A stretch of 63,979 nt of DNA, filler included, from Squatina squatina (lineage: Eukaryota): assembly GCA_031763465.1 (NCBI GenBank). It is 3 parts of 3 records of this genome, joined end to end, with 100 filler letters (N's around TTAATTAATTAA, not from the genome) between each part and the next. Parts side by side here need not be neighbours in the genome. Positions count along the whole stretch, not along the records: positions 21,888 to 51,585 come from JARFOE010000013.1; 2 more parts are not named here. One strand, 5' to 3'. The translations under genes and the position numbers were made by a program. Under the pieces are notes generated by a model. The model saw only the letters and a list, made by a program, of their open reading frames with translations, had not been told where the DNA came from and did not search any database. Each line of letters starts with the position of its first letter. Positions within the stretch are counted from its first letter, which is position 1. Below are positions 23,881 through 36,870 of this stretch, one piece after another.

Positions 23881-26462
23881 ATGTTACTATCTGGTGCTCT
23901 ATGCATTCCTTTTTTATTAACAAAAGAATACACTTGGAAACATTTATGCTTCAAGAACTGCAATTTTTACAGACATTCTTGCATGGACCTTTTTTTTACA
24001 AAACAGGTTGTACCTATAGGAGGAATCTAATTTCGCTTTTTGATATCAGAACTAATATAAAAACCTAACAGTTCATAGACTGGGTTAACATGATTTATGT
24101 GTTTTCAAATGTATTTTTCTACAGCATGCTGAAAAGATTGACACTTTTTTCTGGACAGTGTTGATTGAAGCGAACATTACCATGAGATGGCAGTGTGCAC
24201 TGAATGCTTGGAAATGCATCTCATGCAATTTTACAACCTTTTCACCACAACAAAGAAAATTACATTTATTTCCCCAAAGAAATAATGGAATTCAATTTAC
24301 TTGCCAATAAGAACACTTCTAAATATTTAAAATGTAATAAATGTTAGCACTTAAAGGAATATGCATTATACACTCTCTTTGGTGTTATATCTCAGAAATT
24401 CAGAACCAACCTATATGTATGAAACATTTAACATATTACGACAGTTTCATTATTCTGTTTCTTTACCCATATTGCATTCCGAACAAGCTTTTACAGACTC
24501 TGACTCTATTTACTTTCTTTATATCTTGTCGAGTGCATCACAGTTGTAGACAATATATAGTTGATTTGTTCTCAGTGGCAAAGTAAATTAACACCATTTG
24601 TTCCATTCAACTCCCGATTTAAGATTAACTATCTAACATTTTTATTTCAAAGAAGCACTTTAATATATAAGCCTCATAGGAAATCAATATGCAGTTGAGA
24701 ACAGTTTTTGGTACTGACGACAGTGCAATCATTTGGGCAAAGAGTGNNNNNNNNNNNNNNNNNNNNNNNNNNNNNNNNNNNNNNNNNNNNNNNNNNNNNN
24801 NNNNNNNCTTGTCTTTTTGTCTCAATTATTTATTTAAAATCAAAGCCAAGTGCATTACCAGTAGACAACTTGAACAAATCAAACTTCCATTAGGTTACAT
24901 TGTGTAATGTGTGCAGGGAACAGTAAATATTAAAGTGAAAATTAAGCAAAAAATCAATGAAAGACCCAGTAGCACAGTATTATCTTTCGAAGCAGCTCCT
25001 TCCCATTTTATAGCTCTGCTGAGTGGTCTCATTTGAGCTGTACTTTCAAAACAGAAAGTGCTCCAAGGGACAAATGCATATTTGAAATGCGTGGCTAGCT
25101 GTACATAACAAATAATCCCCCATTAAAACATTGGTGCCGGCAGTGGGAAAAATACAATTGGAAACAAGAAAGAAAATGATTAAATTGCTGCTTCTCAATT
25201 CAGCACTGTGCTGATAGTACGTCAGAAAATTCTTAACACTAATAACAACATTGACTCAAATAGTAGTCAGGTGCTGAGTTAATTCGTCCCTTCAACCAAT
25301 GCAGAGATTGATCTTATGTAGTGTATGAGCTTACTGAATTGGGAAAGTATTGGTTTATTTAATGTACGCCTTTTCCTTTAGTTTCAATTTTGCCCTTATT
25401 TTTTTATTCATCCATGGTATTTCATTACTGACCAGTTTACTCTTGCTTTATAGTGGGATAGATTTCTCCTGGACTCTGTTGATCACTGTTTGAAATGTTT
25501 CCCACTGCTGTTCGAGTTCTTTATGTATATAACATAAAAAGATGAATAAATTGTAATGGTGCTAGAATGAGGATTTGTTGTTAAAAACCAGTAATGGTTT
25601 TCACTGTCTGCTTTCCTTTAGAACAAGGTACTGAAGTACATAATGGTGTGGTTCGCTATTTACATTCTTGTGTTAATTGTGCTATCAGTGAGTCATAAGT
25701 TAGAAACTTTAATGTGTTTTGTGTTGAATTATTCAAAAGTATCTTTTAGCTCTTCTAGCATATAATAAAGTATTTCAAACTCTGACAGCTAAAATAAGTT
25801 AGTATATTAGAGACTGAAATGACAAAAATATATCCAGTAGTCTGTCATCCACATACTTGGGGTGAGTTTTAATTTTCATTTAAATCCATAGCTCCCGGAG
25901 GAAATCTTAAGCACTCCATTGATAATTGCGTCCTACTGGTGACTCTGTTAACTGTAGTTTTGTGTATGCAAAATAATTGAGTTTCATGTCTCTAGACTGA
26001 GGGGTTAATAATGGTTAACTGAATATGAACTTTAAAATAGTGTCAGTGTACAAGAGCAGAAAAATAAATGAAATAAGCATATCTTGGGGCAATGGTTAAT
26101 TTGGGGAGAAAATGTTTTAAAATTGACCTAAAGCTGTTACTCTGTTGACAGATTAAAAAGCTGAAGGAACTGCGTTCAATGCTAATGGAAAAGGATCCAA
26201 ATGTTGCAGTCTCAAATCTCCCGTCTTTATGAGCCAGAAAACTCGTTACACTCCAAAACGCTTAAATAGGCCTGTTTTCCTATGTGAAAGTAACAAGGCA
26301 CCGTTGTCGGTCAACTAAAACTAAACCGCATGTGGAATGCCTTTAAATATCTCTCCTCCAGCNNNNNNNNNNNNNNNNNNNNNNNNNNNNNNNNNNNNNN
26401 NNNNNNNNNNNNNNNNNNNNNNNNNNNNNNNNNNNNNNNNNNNNNNNNNNNNNNNNNNNNNN

Positions 26463-27062
26463 GATCCTTATCGAACAGCCACGATGCCCTTTGCACCCCG
26501 TTTGTGCCCTGTGGATGGAATTCCCCCACGGGACGAAGCCGCAGCGCTGGTCAATTGCAGTGACAGCAAAATCTGTTACTGCAACGGCCCTCTTAGAGGG
26601 GAGGGCCTGAGCGTCGATGGCCGCCATCTTTATTTGACTGATGGCGGCCCGTGACTGGACCAGGCAACCATCCCCTCACGTGCCAGGCTGGAGGCCCGAT
26701 CGCCGGCGTCCCTGGTGGTCCCGTGGCGAGCCACAGAGGCGCCATCAGGATAGCCAGTGGCCCTCCCCTTTAAGGGAGGCCGAGCGCCGTGCATGACATC
26801 AGTGCGCTGCGTGTGACGTCAGAGCACTGTGTCGCATACGCGTGGTCTGACATCGCCAGTGTAGCACTGACGTCATTAGCGTTACGCCAGTGATGGCCCC
26901 GGCTTGCCGCCATAGTTCCACCCCGGGACCGAGACAGACATCACTACTCCCGCCATGGAACACCGAATTCTGCAGCAGGCAATTGTTTCTGGGAGCTGCC
27001 GGGAAAAATGCCGGCTTCCACCAGCTACCGCCCTGGGGGCGCCCAAGCTAAATTGTACCCCC
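26463..27062. mobile_element. GC/CpG-rich non-autonomous DNA transposon end (Harbinger-like)
   Basis: Abrupt CpG-rich block ending ctgggggcgcccaagctaaattgtacccc. Shares motifs (tgacgtca, cccctttaaggga) with 29062-29776. Confidence 0.5.
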
Positions 27063-27783
27063 TTAATATGTTGCAATTGCTATTGCCTACACGTTCCTCT
27101 ATGCTTACATCTCTTATCTGTTCTGGCTCATTTCTCATTATTAGATCCAGCAGTGCTCCCTCCCTTGTTGGGTTAAAAATGGAATTCTGCTCACATTGTA
27201 AAACCTCTATTCCCTGTACCCCTTCACTAACTTTTCTTGCCAGTTCATTTGAAGGTAGTTAAAATCTCCCATGATTATTATTTTGTGTCCTCTACTCATT
27301 TCCCATCTTTGTTTACATATTCCTTCCTCCACTTCCCTTCCATTGTTAGGTGGTCTGTCGTATATCCCTATTATCTTCTTCTATCCTCTCTTGCCTTTTA
27401 TTTTAATCCATATGGATTCTGTTTCTAATCTTCTGTTAGTTATGTCCCTTTTTTCTATTGCTATTATCTTATTTCTAATTAGTACAGGTATCCCACCCCT
27501 TTTCATCCTTCCCCATCCTTTCTGATTATGTTATAACCTGAAAAATTTAGTTGCCAATCCTGTTCTTTATGTAGCCATGTTTCAATTATTCGGCCTACCT
27601 ATGGATTATTGCCTCCAGTTCCCCATTTTATTTTGGATGCTGTGTAAATTGCTGTACAGGCAGCTTAATTTGTCTTTAATAGTNNNNNNNNNNNNNNNNN
27701 NNNNNNNNNNNNNNNNNNNNNNNNNNNNNNNNNNNNNNNNNNNNNNNNNNNNNNNNNNNNNNNNNNNNNNNNNNNNNNNNNNN

Positions 27784-27947
27784 AACAACTCACCGTATTT
27801 AAAAGGTCTCTGCATCTCAGCTCTGGTTCTTTTGACAATTACTTGAAATCTGTGTCCTTTGGTTACTGACCTTCCTGCCTCTCCATATCGACTCTGTCAA
27901 AACCCTTCATGAACTCTATCAAATCTCCCCTTAACCATCCCTGTTTA
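27784..27947 (-). mobile_element. Degraded CR1 ORF2 end
   Basis: ctctggttcttttgacaatt...ggttactgacc...aaacccttcatga...aaatctccccttaacc, complementary to the CR1 copy at 46289-46678. Confidence 0.6.
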
Positions 27948-28382
27948 AGTTTACATTTTATTTCAAATCACTTCAACAAGTATCTGTTGTATCTTTTTGT
28001 TTGCCGCTCTGTATATTTTTAAAGTACCGTTGGTAGCTTATCTCTGCAGGCTTGCAGACAAGGCTGGAGGAGCTGACATGCGAGGATGTGTCTGAAGAAC
28101 AGCTGAGCTGTCACAATGTTACGTATTTTTCAAACCTCTACCTCTGCCTTAAACCCATTGAGGACCAACCTCACTGCAGGACTGCTGTGCAATGGCCTAG
28201 ATATCAAAAATAATTCTCTCCCCTCTAACCCGATGGCCCCTCATGCATTGGCGCTCTGCTTTTATGGCATTTAGAAGTTCATCTTGAACAACAATCCCCG
28301 GGAAAGTCACATAAGGAGTTTGAAGTGAACTTGAGAGTGACTTGTTTGTCCAGCTATTTTATTCCAAACAAAAAAGGAAATG

Positions 28383-28546
28383 GCCTAGATATCCGTCTTG
28401 AGCGATGCGCAAAACAGACGGTACCAGATTGTCCGCCCGTCATATGCCGCGTCATTGCAGTCGATGAATATCAGGCACGGCATATAATGGGCAGCCAATC
28501 CGATACCACCCGTTTTTGCACCACCGCCTGAGATGAATTTCTAGGC
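28383..28546. mobile_element. 164-bp palindromic MITE (PIF/Harbinger-like)
   Basis: Imperfect inverted arms 28383-28449 and 28478-28546, about 28-nt loop, flanked by ATG on both sides (candidate 3-bp TSD). Confidence 0.75.
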
Positions 28547-29061
28547 ATGTGTTAGACAAGCATGTGATGCTGACTCTATAGATGTAGGATTTTTATTGAC
28601 TAATTCTTCATTGATAGGCAGATCCTGTCACCTTTTGATAACTGTAATCCAGCTATTTGAATGGTTTTTTTTTTAATTGGCAGTTATACACTGACAGTTG
28701 GCACTTCTGTGAAGTTGAGTTTACAGCTTTTCTTTCTCTCCTCCTGAAACACATCTGTGCCTCATTTGTAACTGGAAACCTGTCAAACTGCTGAGGAAAT
28801 GAAGGTTTTATGGTCTTCCAAATTTTATAAGTTTATGGTAAAACATTGATGGTACAAAACAGAATGTCGTTCCTATGAACGTTTTGAGATCTAATGAAAG
28901 TGCAGTGTTAAACTGAACTTTTGAAAATTCAACATTTGATTACTAACATATTTGATGCCCAGGAATGATTATAAAACAGATGTCATGAAGGAATGGGAGT
29001 GATGCAGTGGATTAGTACACAGCTATCCAGCTTCGAATTCAATGTTAGTGATAGACAGAAA

Positions 29062-29776
29062 GGCCTTGAAATTCGGAACATTGGCACCTCCCATTAGCGA
29101 CCCCGGGGAGCAAACCCCTTTTCACTTGTGTGTGTCACCACTAGCGACTCCTACTAAATTCTGTGATAGTTTAGCGGCGATGGTAACCCGTTGCGCCCTT
29201 GTTCCGCTGTGCCAGTGATGCTGACGTCGTCACCAAGCCCTGGACCCCAAATTGAGTATCACCCCCTGAAACTGTGCCGGGCGATGCCAGTGACATCTTC
29301 AGGGGACAGGCACCAGGCGGCCGGCCGCTCGCGGGGAGCTAGTTAAAGGGGAGGTGTGCTACTATTAAAAAAAAAATCCCCGAATTTCTCTGTGCGCCCT
29401 TTTGGCGCTTTAGACGTGGGAGTGTTGCCGCAATCGGTCAGCTCGATATTCTGCTCGAGTGCTGAGCGAGGGTCCAGGGAGGACCATTTTCATTCCACAG
29501 AGTTTGCAGCTTGGGTCCTCCCCTTTAATTAAGGGAAGAGCCCCTGCTACACGGCAGCACTATGCGGCCCAGTGCGTAGTGCTGCGCCCCGCTCCCGATG
29601 CATCCACCCCGATCCTGCCCCAGAAAGTAAGTTGAGCGCTTTATTTTGCTCTCCACTCCCTTTTGGGGATGATAACCCCGATTTCTCACAAGAGGCGAGA
29701 CTACTGTGCCTGGCACAAAGTTTCGCGCCTTGTGAGTGTTACTGCCCCCAAAAGGGGCGGTACCCAATTTTTCCCC
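29062..29776. mobile_element. GC/CpG-rich non-autonomous DNA transposon (Harbinger-like)
   Basis: CpG-rich block in AT-rich intron bounded by ggccttgaaattcgg... and ...cccaatttttcccc (weak TIR-like ends). Confidence 0.55.
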
Positions 29777-32138
29777 CAAAGTGTTTAGCTCCTAAATGAG
29801 GATGTACAAACAAAATATTGTTATAAATGGTACAGTAAAGCTAACAGTTCAAGCTTAACCGTGTATAGTGTGAGGATTGTTTCCACAAGTTGTCTTCTTT
29901 TGTTCCCATGTATCTGTGGTCAAACTTAATTATGGGGTGCTGCGTTTTGTCAGAGTTCCTGACAATGTATCTATACAATGAAAACTCAGGCACAATTGTT
30001 GAAATCAACTGGAACATTTTGAAAGGCAAGCAGTATAATACTTTTTGTAGCAGCCTATTTTTAACCCCTTTGGTTACACTTACAATCAGTGGCATTCACC
30101 AAGTCTTGTGCAACAATGCAGATTGTGTGCTTCATCCTATTGTTGAAAACAAGCCAGTAGCTTCTGAAATACAGCTGTAATACGCTAACATTTAAATAGT
30201 CAGCGATTAATTCAATTTATTATAGTTTTATAAGGACAGCTCGAGGTAATTACCTCAGCTTTGATAACATATTCCCCTGAGTCCCTGAGTCTCTCTCACT
30301 GCTGCTGAGCAGTGCTACACTGTACAAGGGGGAGAACTTTCTAACAGCTAATGAGTTAAAAATGTATAAACTGTATAGAGCTGGGATATGCAACTTCTTT
30401 CACCTCAGGGTCAAACACTCCATCTTGCCCTATGCACGATGAGCTAAACATTCATATATATAAATATATAATCTGTCATGCCATAATAGGGGGAAGAAAA
30501 AAGTCACCAGTGAACACTGCCCTATAAGAGTTTCGTACCATTCCCAGCTATCTTAATTAACTGGCATTTGGGTCAGTTCCAGCTCTCCACCTAAAATCTT
30601 TAAAAAATGTCATGAATCCCCCAAGGAACTGATTGCCCCTCTTTACCAGATTCTGACACTGCATGACTTTCTAAAGCATGAAATGTGCTTCAATCTCAGC
30701 CTAAAGGGTCAGTGCAATTCTTTGGATGTACTCATCGAACTCCCTGACAGATGAGGAATATTTAGGTTGAGTTTCTGCTTGTTCCCCCAAGTTATATCAG
30801 CATAATCCTGGCAGAATCGACCGCACCTGCGCAAAAGATTGGGGAATTTTAAGTGCCCAAAACCACGTGTATTGTTGTATCTTTTTCACTGGTTGAAAAT
30901 TCAATTCACCCAAATCAGGGCCCACCCACAAAACTGGCCATGTCCCCAGGTCGAAATTGAGAGATTCCGCCAATTGTGCTGGTTCAGGAAGGCTCTTCAA
31001 GTTCTGTTGATTTGTTTAGGGACACAGGCACTAGTAACCATGTCTTCAAATCTTTCTCATATCAAAAAATATTTAATTTACCAAGAAACTGACTAGCGTA
31101 CACGAATGAAACTACCGAATNNNNNNNNNNNNNNNNNNNNNNNNNNNNNNNNNNNNNNNNNNNNNNNNNNNNNNNNNNNNNNNNNNNNNNNNNNNNNNNN
31201 NNNNNNNNNNNNNNNNNNNNAGCACAGCACGACTCCAGGCAAGGAGGCAATAACTGTATTGCGTGCGTTCTACACCACAGATCTGGGACACCAGCAATGG
31301 GCTTAACTGCACTTACGCCCGATTCGCGCCCAAAGTACACCAGCACATCTGGTCCAATTGGGGCCATAATTGCCCAAACTAATACAAAGCACAAAAAGAG
31401 TTCATAAGAAGAGCCTAAATACACTTACCTTTAAAATCTGTGGGCCTCTTAAAGGCCTTCATAACTGAAAAGGGCCGACCCCAAGATACCCTTCCTGCTC
31501 GGTTTCCTGGGCATGCTGGTGACTTGGAGTCCAGTACGCACACAGGTCAGGAATGGAGATATGCCTTTCCCTTTTGAAAAACCTAATGAATCTTCTCCCT
31601 GCCTCGGACAGGATTTTCAAACGCCCTCCTCAGGCCCAACTGCATAATAGGGCAGGGCCCAAATTAAGCGGCAACCAGGCGAAACCAATTTCCTCTGGAT
31701 TTTGCAATCCTGTACATCTTGTTTACACCAGGGGCATGCCAGACTCTCGCACTTGTCCCGAAGACATAAGGGTTTTAGGAATGAATCCTATAGTTGCTGA
31801 TTCCACTTCCCTTGCTGTGCTCAGTTCTTATGGAGCTGTCCCTCAAACCAGTTTGAAATGGGCAAACTTTTGGGACATCATGTAAACTATAAATCTATTG
31901 AAACTATGCTTTCATCATATGAAATGTCTTTGAAACCTGACACTTCAGACTGTTACAAGTGATACCTCGGACCTAAACTGTGCGAGATGAACTGTTGAAA
32001 AACAAGACTTTGTGCAGCCCCTCTCCCCAAACTCTGAACTAATTCAGCAGCCCCACTTGTGGGCAGCATCAGGTCTGACTGAGCATGCTTAGGCGCTGCT
32101 CTGCTAATGTCACACGCAAGTCAACGTCTACCGATATA

Positions 32139-32750
32139 GTGGGATGGAAATTGTATAGCTCCAGTTTGCCGGTGCAAACTATGCATAAGGAACGATCCCT
32201 GCACTAAGACAGGTAGGCCCAGGTCGGATTGAAATTGGACCTCGAGCCTCATTTAAATGAGACTCATGATCTCCGGATGCATGCTGAGCATCCCCAGGTA
32301 GCTCGCTGACGAAGCAGGTTGTCAGTGTTAGGCTACAGCGACTTCAGCAGTGACCCTCAGGTAAGATCCAATCACGATGCCTGTGGATTCCTGCTCCTCC
32401 TGGCTCCCCAGGAAGGTTTTTTAAAAACAAAAATATATTTTTATCACTTACATCTTGTTGGCGGCCATAGTGGCTGCTGAAGAATCCTGAGTGAGGCAGG
32501 CCCGATGACACCTGTCCTACTCATCGCTGACAAATTTTGGAACAAAGTCCTTTAACAGGTGCTAGGATCCTAATTTAAATATTCAAGTGGCCTCACACTT
32601 GTTTTAGGCATCCACCTGGACCATACGAATTTAGCAGAGGGACCAGCGCCAGCACAGATTGGGAACAGGCCATCTCACTGCTAAATTGGTATGCTTTGCA
32701 TTCATTTTAAGCCCAAAAAATGGGCACAACACACCCCAATTTCTTCCCAG
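32139..32750. mobile_element. Decayed non-autonomous DNA transposon
   Basis: Ends tgggatggaaattg... and ...caatttcttcccag form imperfect TIRs. Confidence 0.4.
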
Positions 32751-35179
32751 TCTACTTAAACATATGTGCTTAAATCAAAACTTTTATTTTGAACATTCCT
32801 CCACATGTGAATAGTGGTACAATTCTTCCAGATTTTGCTTCCTTTTCTATGCGTAATGATAAACATAAATTAAAAAATACAGCTGCTGTTACCATTTAGA
32901 TTGCTTTACATAATATGAAGACTCAACAGGGCCTGATCTGTAGTCTTATTGCACTTGCTGACTGTATTTGCAGGAGGTGAGTTAGTACACAGTATGCAGT
33001 GTTTTACTTTTCAAAACCACCTCAGTCAAAATTTGAGTTCACATTTTTCCTTATTCCGATGTGGTATACAGAAACAAATTCCAGTTGCTCCTAAAAAATG
33101 AGTTTCCATTCCCAGTACTTTTCCATTGTCGGGGTGGCTATGTGAACACTAAGTATCGGTGTCAGTCATAACATTTCGGGAAGCTGTAGACACAGGTAAC
33201 TGGGAGCTACAGGCTACTTTATATAGTCAGTGGACAATGGGAACCTGCATGCACTTCAGGTCTAGGTTTCTCACATAGGCACAGGTGTCCATCTAAAAAC
33301 ATTTTAGTGGCATTTCTAACACAGAAAGTGCGTATAGCAAAGTGTGATGCTTGAAGTGTGCGGGACAAAATGCACACCAGATGTGATATTTTTATGTATA
33401 ATATATCGATGGTGAACAGCAGTTCGATCAATATATAGCTTGAAATGTTGTTATTTCCAGGATAATGTTTAAATAATAATGTCACTTACATTCAGCATGC
33501 CTTCAGAACCTCTCTCCTGCTGTTAGATGACGTGTTCATTTTATTTTCTTGGTTATGTTGGAGGGGTACAGCACTGTGCAGAGAACTGAGGAAACATCAG
33601 TTGAGGGAGGCAGAGGCTGGAGCCACAAGAAGTCAATGGTGGCCCCTGGTGGTAGGAACTAGTGCAATAGATAGAATATGGCTGGCTAAGCAAAAGTTTT
33701 CCCTTCTTTATTTAAGTAATTGTATTGTTGTTGACAAACTCTAATTGCATTTGCCGTCTGCCAACGCCAGCATTGCCTTGAATGATCATATGTTTTCAAT
33801 GTCAGTTCTCTTTAAAGCTTTTCATAAAATTTGCAGCATTTGGCTTCAAGAAACATATTTATATTGGTATTAGTTACAAACAACATAAAGCAGATTGTAG
33901 TTCCTTGTGCATTTTTAATTTTGGCTCTGGAATCTGTTTAAGGAGTCAGCTTGTCTATTTTGAAATAAGATAATAAATTACAGCTGAAACATAAAGATCT
34001 TGCATTTCTTCCATGTTATGCAATGCTAATGAGGTTCTAACATGATGAAGTGGAGTAAGTAACCAGATTTGTTTTGTCTAAATATTGAAGGGATTTGTTA
34101 TCAAATTATTTGTTTTAAATATAACAGTCTTAGCTCCAAGAGACCAATGACAAATCTGAGAAGAATGATGGCATTATATGGTAGGGCAGAAAACTCGGAT
34201 ACAAAGTTCCTGTGGTGAGAAGACAGAGCATCGCAGCTTACATTTGTCACATAAGTGGCGCTTGGTCCTCTGTAATGCTGCCAAATTCAATGCTTGATTG
34301 TAGAGTGGAGCGTCCACTTTCTGCCACAATCGAGGGGACTCACTAGCCAGATATGTATATTGGAAAATAATTGAAGATCCTCTGTCTTTGCTCTTACATA
34401 TATGCTACACCAATATACTTGGCACAGGACTGAAAGCAATACAGTACACGTTTGAATTTAATCTTTCTTCTGCTCCGAGGGTGATTTATTTCAAGCAGGA
34501 GGAGAGTGGTGTTAGCAAACTGTACAATGAGCCAATGCTTTATTTAAGGCTTGATCAAATGAAAATGTTGGTGGTTAATCATTGCAATGTGGATAATAGA
34601 GGTTACACTGTATTTGGATTCCATTTTCAGTCATAGTCAACTTTTCGACCATGACACAGTTACATACAATGTAAGGACACTTTATTCATCAAGCAATGCT
34701 TTAATTACATCCATGTTCTGTATATTAACTTTTGTCCTTTGCACAACAGCTATTTACTTCGACTAAAGTGGGAATCTTCCGCTTTAGATTTTGAATGTAG
34801 AAATGGTGGAAATACTCAGTAGGCCAATTAGTGCTGTTAAGAGACAGATTGATCAACAGTTTGTGTGTCACTCTTAATCTGATTATCTGTGAGATTATGT
34901 GTTCCGTTTGACTATGCGGGAACAATCTCAGGTGATGTGAGATGATGGTGAGATAGTTGTCTTTTGGGGTCAACCAAAGTGAAGTCCTTCTGCTACACAA
35001 TAGAAGTGGCACTCTTATTGGCTGGTTTGGTGGAAATGATATGATTAAATGAATAAAAGAGGAGATTGTAGAGGAATATTTATTAAAGCAAGTGAGAGAA
35101 GAAGAGAAACCCAGGCATCTGATATTGCAATAGCAATTCAGGAATCCAGACCATCCAGTCGGAGTAAAATTAATAAACA

Positions 35180-35325
35180 CCACCTTACATGAACTCATGA
35201 AAGGCAGCTTGTAGCTAACAAATATATTGGAATTCATTAGGGATGCAACAGAGTTGGTCAATAATGCAGTTAAGATAATTGCCTAAAAATTAGATATGGC
35301 CTGAAAACAGGTGGTGTCACGGACC
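35180..35325 (+). mobile_element. Highly decayed CR1 RT fragment
   Basis: HELMKGSL*LTNILEFIRDATELVNNAVKIICL resembles CR1 HGFMKGRSCLTNLLEFFE..VD...VDVIYL. Confidence 0.55.
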
Positions 35326-35484
35326 TGTGCTANNNNNNNNNNNNNNNNNNNNNNNNNNNNNNNNNNNNNNNNNNNNNNNNNNNNNNNNNNNNNNNNNNNN
35401 NNNNNNNNNNNNNNNNNNNNNNNNNNNNNNNNCGTAGGCAGCCGCACGCAGGAAGCCTCCGATTGCAAATTTAGGGCCATTTTT

Positions 35485-35800
35485 TCTTGTAGCGGTTTGT
35501 TACAAGTGCGTGGCTTGCTAGGCCATTTCAGAGGGCAGTTAAGAGACAACCACATTGCTGTGGGTCTGGAGTCACATATAGGCCAGACCAGGTAAGGACA
35601 TCAAATTTCTTTCCTCAAGGATTTTCACGACAATCATGGTCACTGTTACTCGCACTAGCTTTTTTTTTTAAATTCCAGATTTATTTAATTAACTGGATTT
35701 AAATTCCCCAGCTGCCATGGAGGAATTTGAACTCACATCTCTGGATTATTAGTCCAGATCTCTGGATTACTAGTCCCATAATTTAACCACTATGCTACCA
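35485..35800 (-). mobile_element. tRNA-derived SINE of shark type
   Basis: Reverse complement begins ggtagcatagtggtt (A box)...gagttcaaattcc (B box), with body ccttacctggtctggcctatatgtgactccagacccacagcaatgtggttg. Confidence 0.75.
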
Positions 35801-35804
35801 TTCC

Positions 35805-36648
35805 CGTTAATAAAAGACGTTGCTATGGGAACCCATATGGGTCCTCACTATGCCTGCCTTTTAGTGGGATATGTGGAATATTCTTTGTTTCAGTCCTACT
35901 CAGTTCCCCTCCCTCACTTCTTTTTACATTACGTTGCTGACTGTGTCAGTGGTGTTTCCTGCTCTCACCCTGAACTGGAAAATGTCATCAATTTGCTACA
36001 AATTTCCACCCTTCTCTCGCCTTCACAAGGTCCATCTCTGACTCTTCCCTTGTTCGACTTCTTTATCTCCATTTCTAGGGATAGACTATCGACCAGTACC
36101 CACTATAAGGCTAATGACTCCCACAACTACCCTGATTACATTCTTCCTACTGCTTCCTGGAAGGATGCTATTCCATTCTCCGAATTTCTCCACCTCCATC
36201 ACATCTGTTTTGACAATGCCACCTTCCATACTGGTGCTTCCAATTTTTTCGTCCTTTTTCCTCAACCGAGGATTCCCCTCCATCATGGTTGACAGGGCCC
36301 TCAATGTGTCCATTCTATTTCCTACAATTCTGTTCTCACCCTTCCCCTCCCTCCCAAAACCCTGAAAGAGTGCCCCTTGTCCACACCTTTCTCCCCTCCA
36401 ACCTTCACATTTAACGGATCATCGTCCGCCATTTCTGCCACCTCCAGCGTGATGCCACCACCGAGCACATCACCACCTCCCCTCACCTTTCAGCATTCTG
36501 GAGGAACTGCTTCCACCTGGTCCACTCTTTGATCACCCTCAACACCCCCACCCTTCCCACAGTACTTTCTCGTGCAAGAGCAGGAAATGCAAAATCTGCC
36601 CTCTTATCTTCTTCCTTCGCACCATCCAGGAACTCAAGCACTCCTTCC
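35805..36648 (+). mobile_element. Penelope-like element RT fragment, frameshifted
   Basis: KDVAMGTHMGPHYACLLVGYVEYSLFQSYS...FLHYVADC (PLE motifs GVAMGTRMGPSYA and RYIDD), LSTSTHYKANDSHNY, KDAIPFSEFLHL, SFFLNRGFPS...DRAL. Confidence 0.88.
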
Positions 36649-36748
36649 NNNNNNNNNNNNNNNNNNNNNNNNNNNNNNNNNNNNNNNNNNNNNNNNNNNN
36701 NNNNNNNNNNNNNNNNNNNNNNNNNNNNNNNNNNNNNNNNNNNNNNNN

Positions 36749-36870
36749 ACAAGGACTGCAGCAGTTCAAGAAGGTGGCTCATCACCACCTTCTCAAGGGC
36801 AACTAGGGATGGACAATAAATGCTGACCTGGCCAGCAACGCCCACATCCCAGGAATAATTTTTTAAAAAT
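36749..36870 (+). mobile_element. LINE 3' end (CR1/L2 group)
   Basis: GLQQFKKVAHHHLLKGN* followed by gggatggacaataaatgctg...cccacatccca tail. A short antisense copy lies at about 12945-13012. Confidence 0.7.

Noticed and set aside
35740-35800. tRNA gene suggested by A-box and B-box motifs (also near 55200)
   Set aside because: The motifs are SINE heads continuous with SINE bodies, and I saw no cloverleaf.
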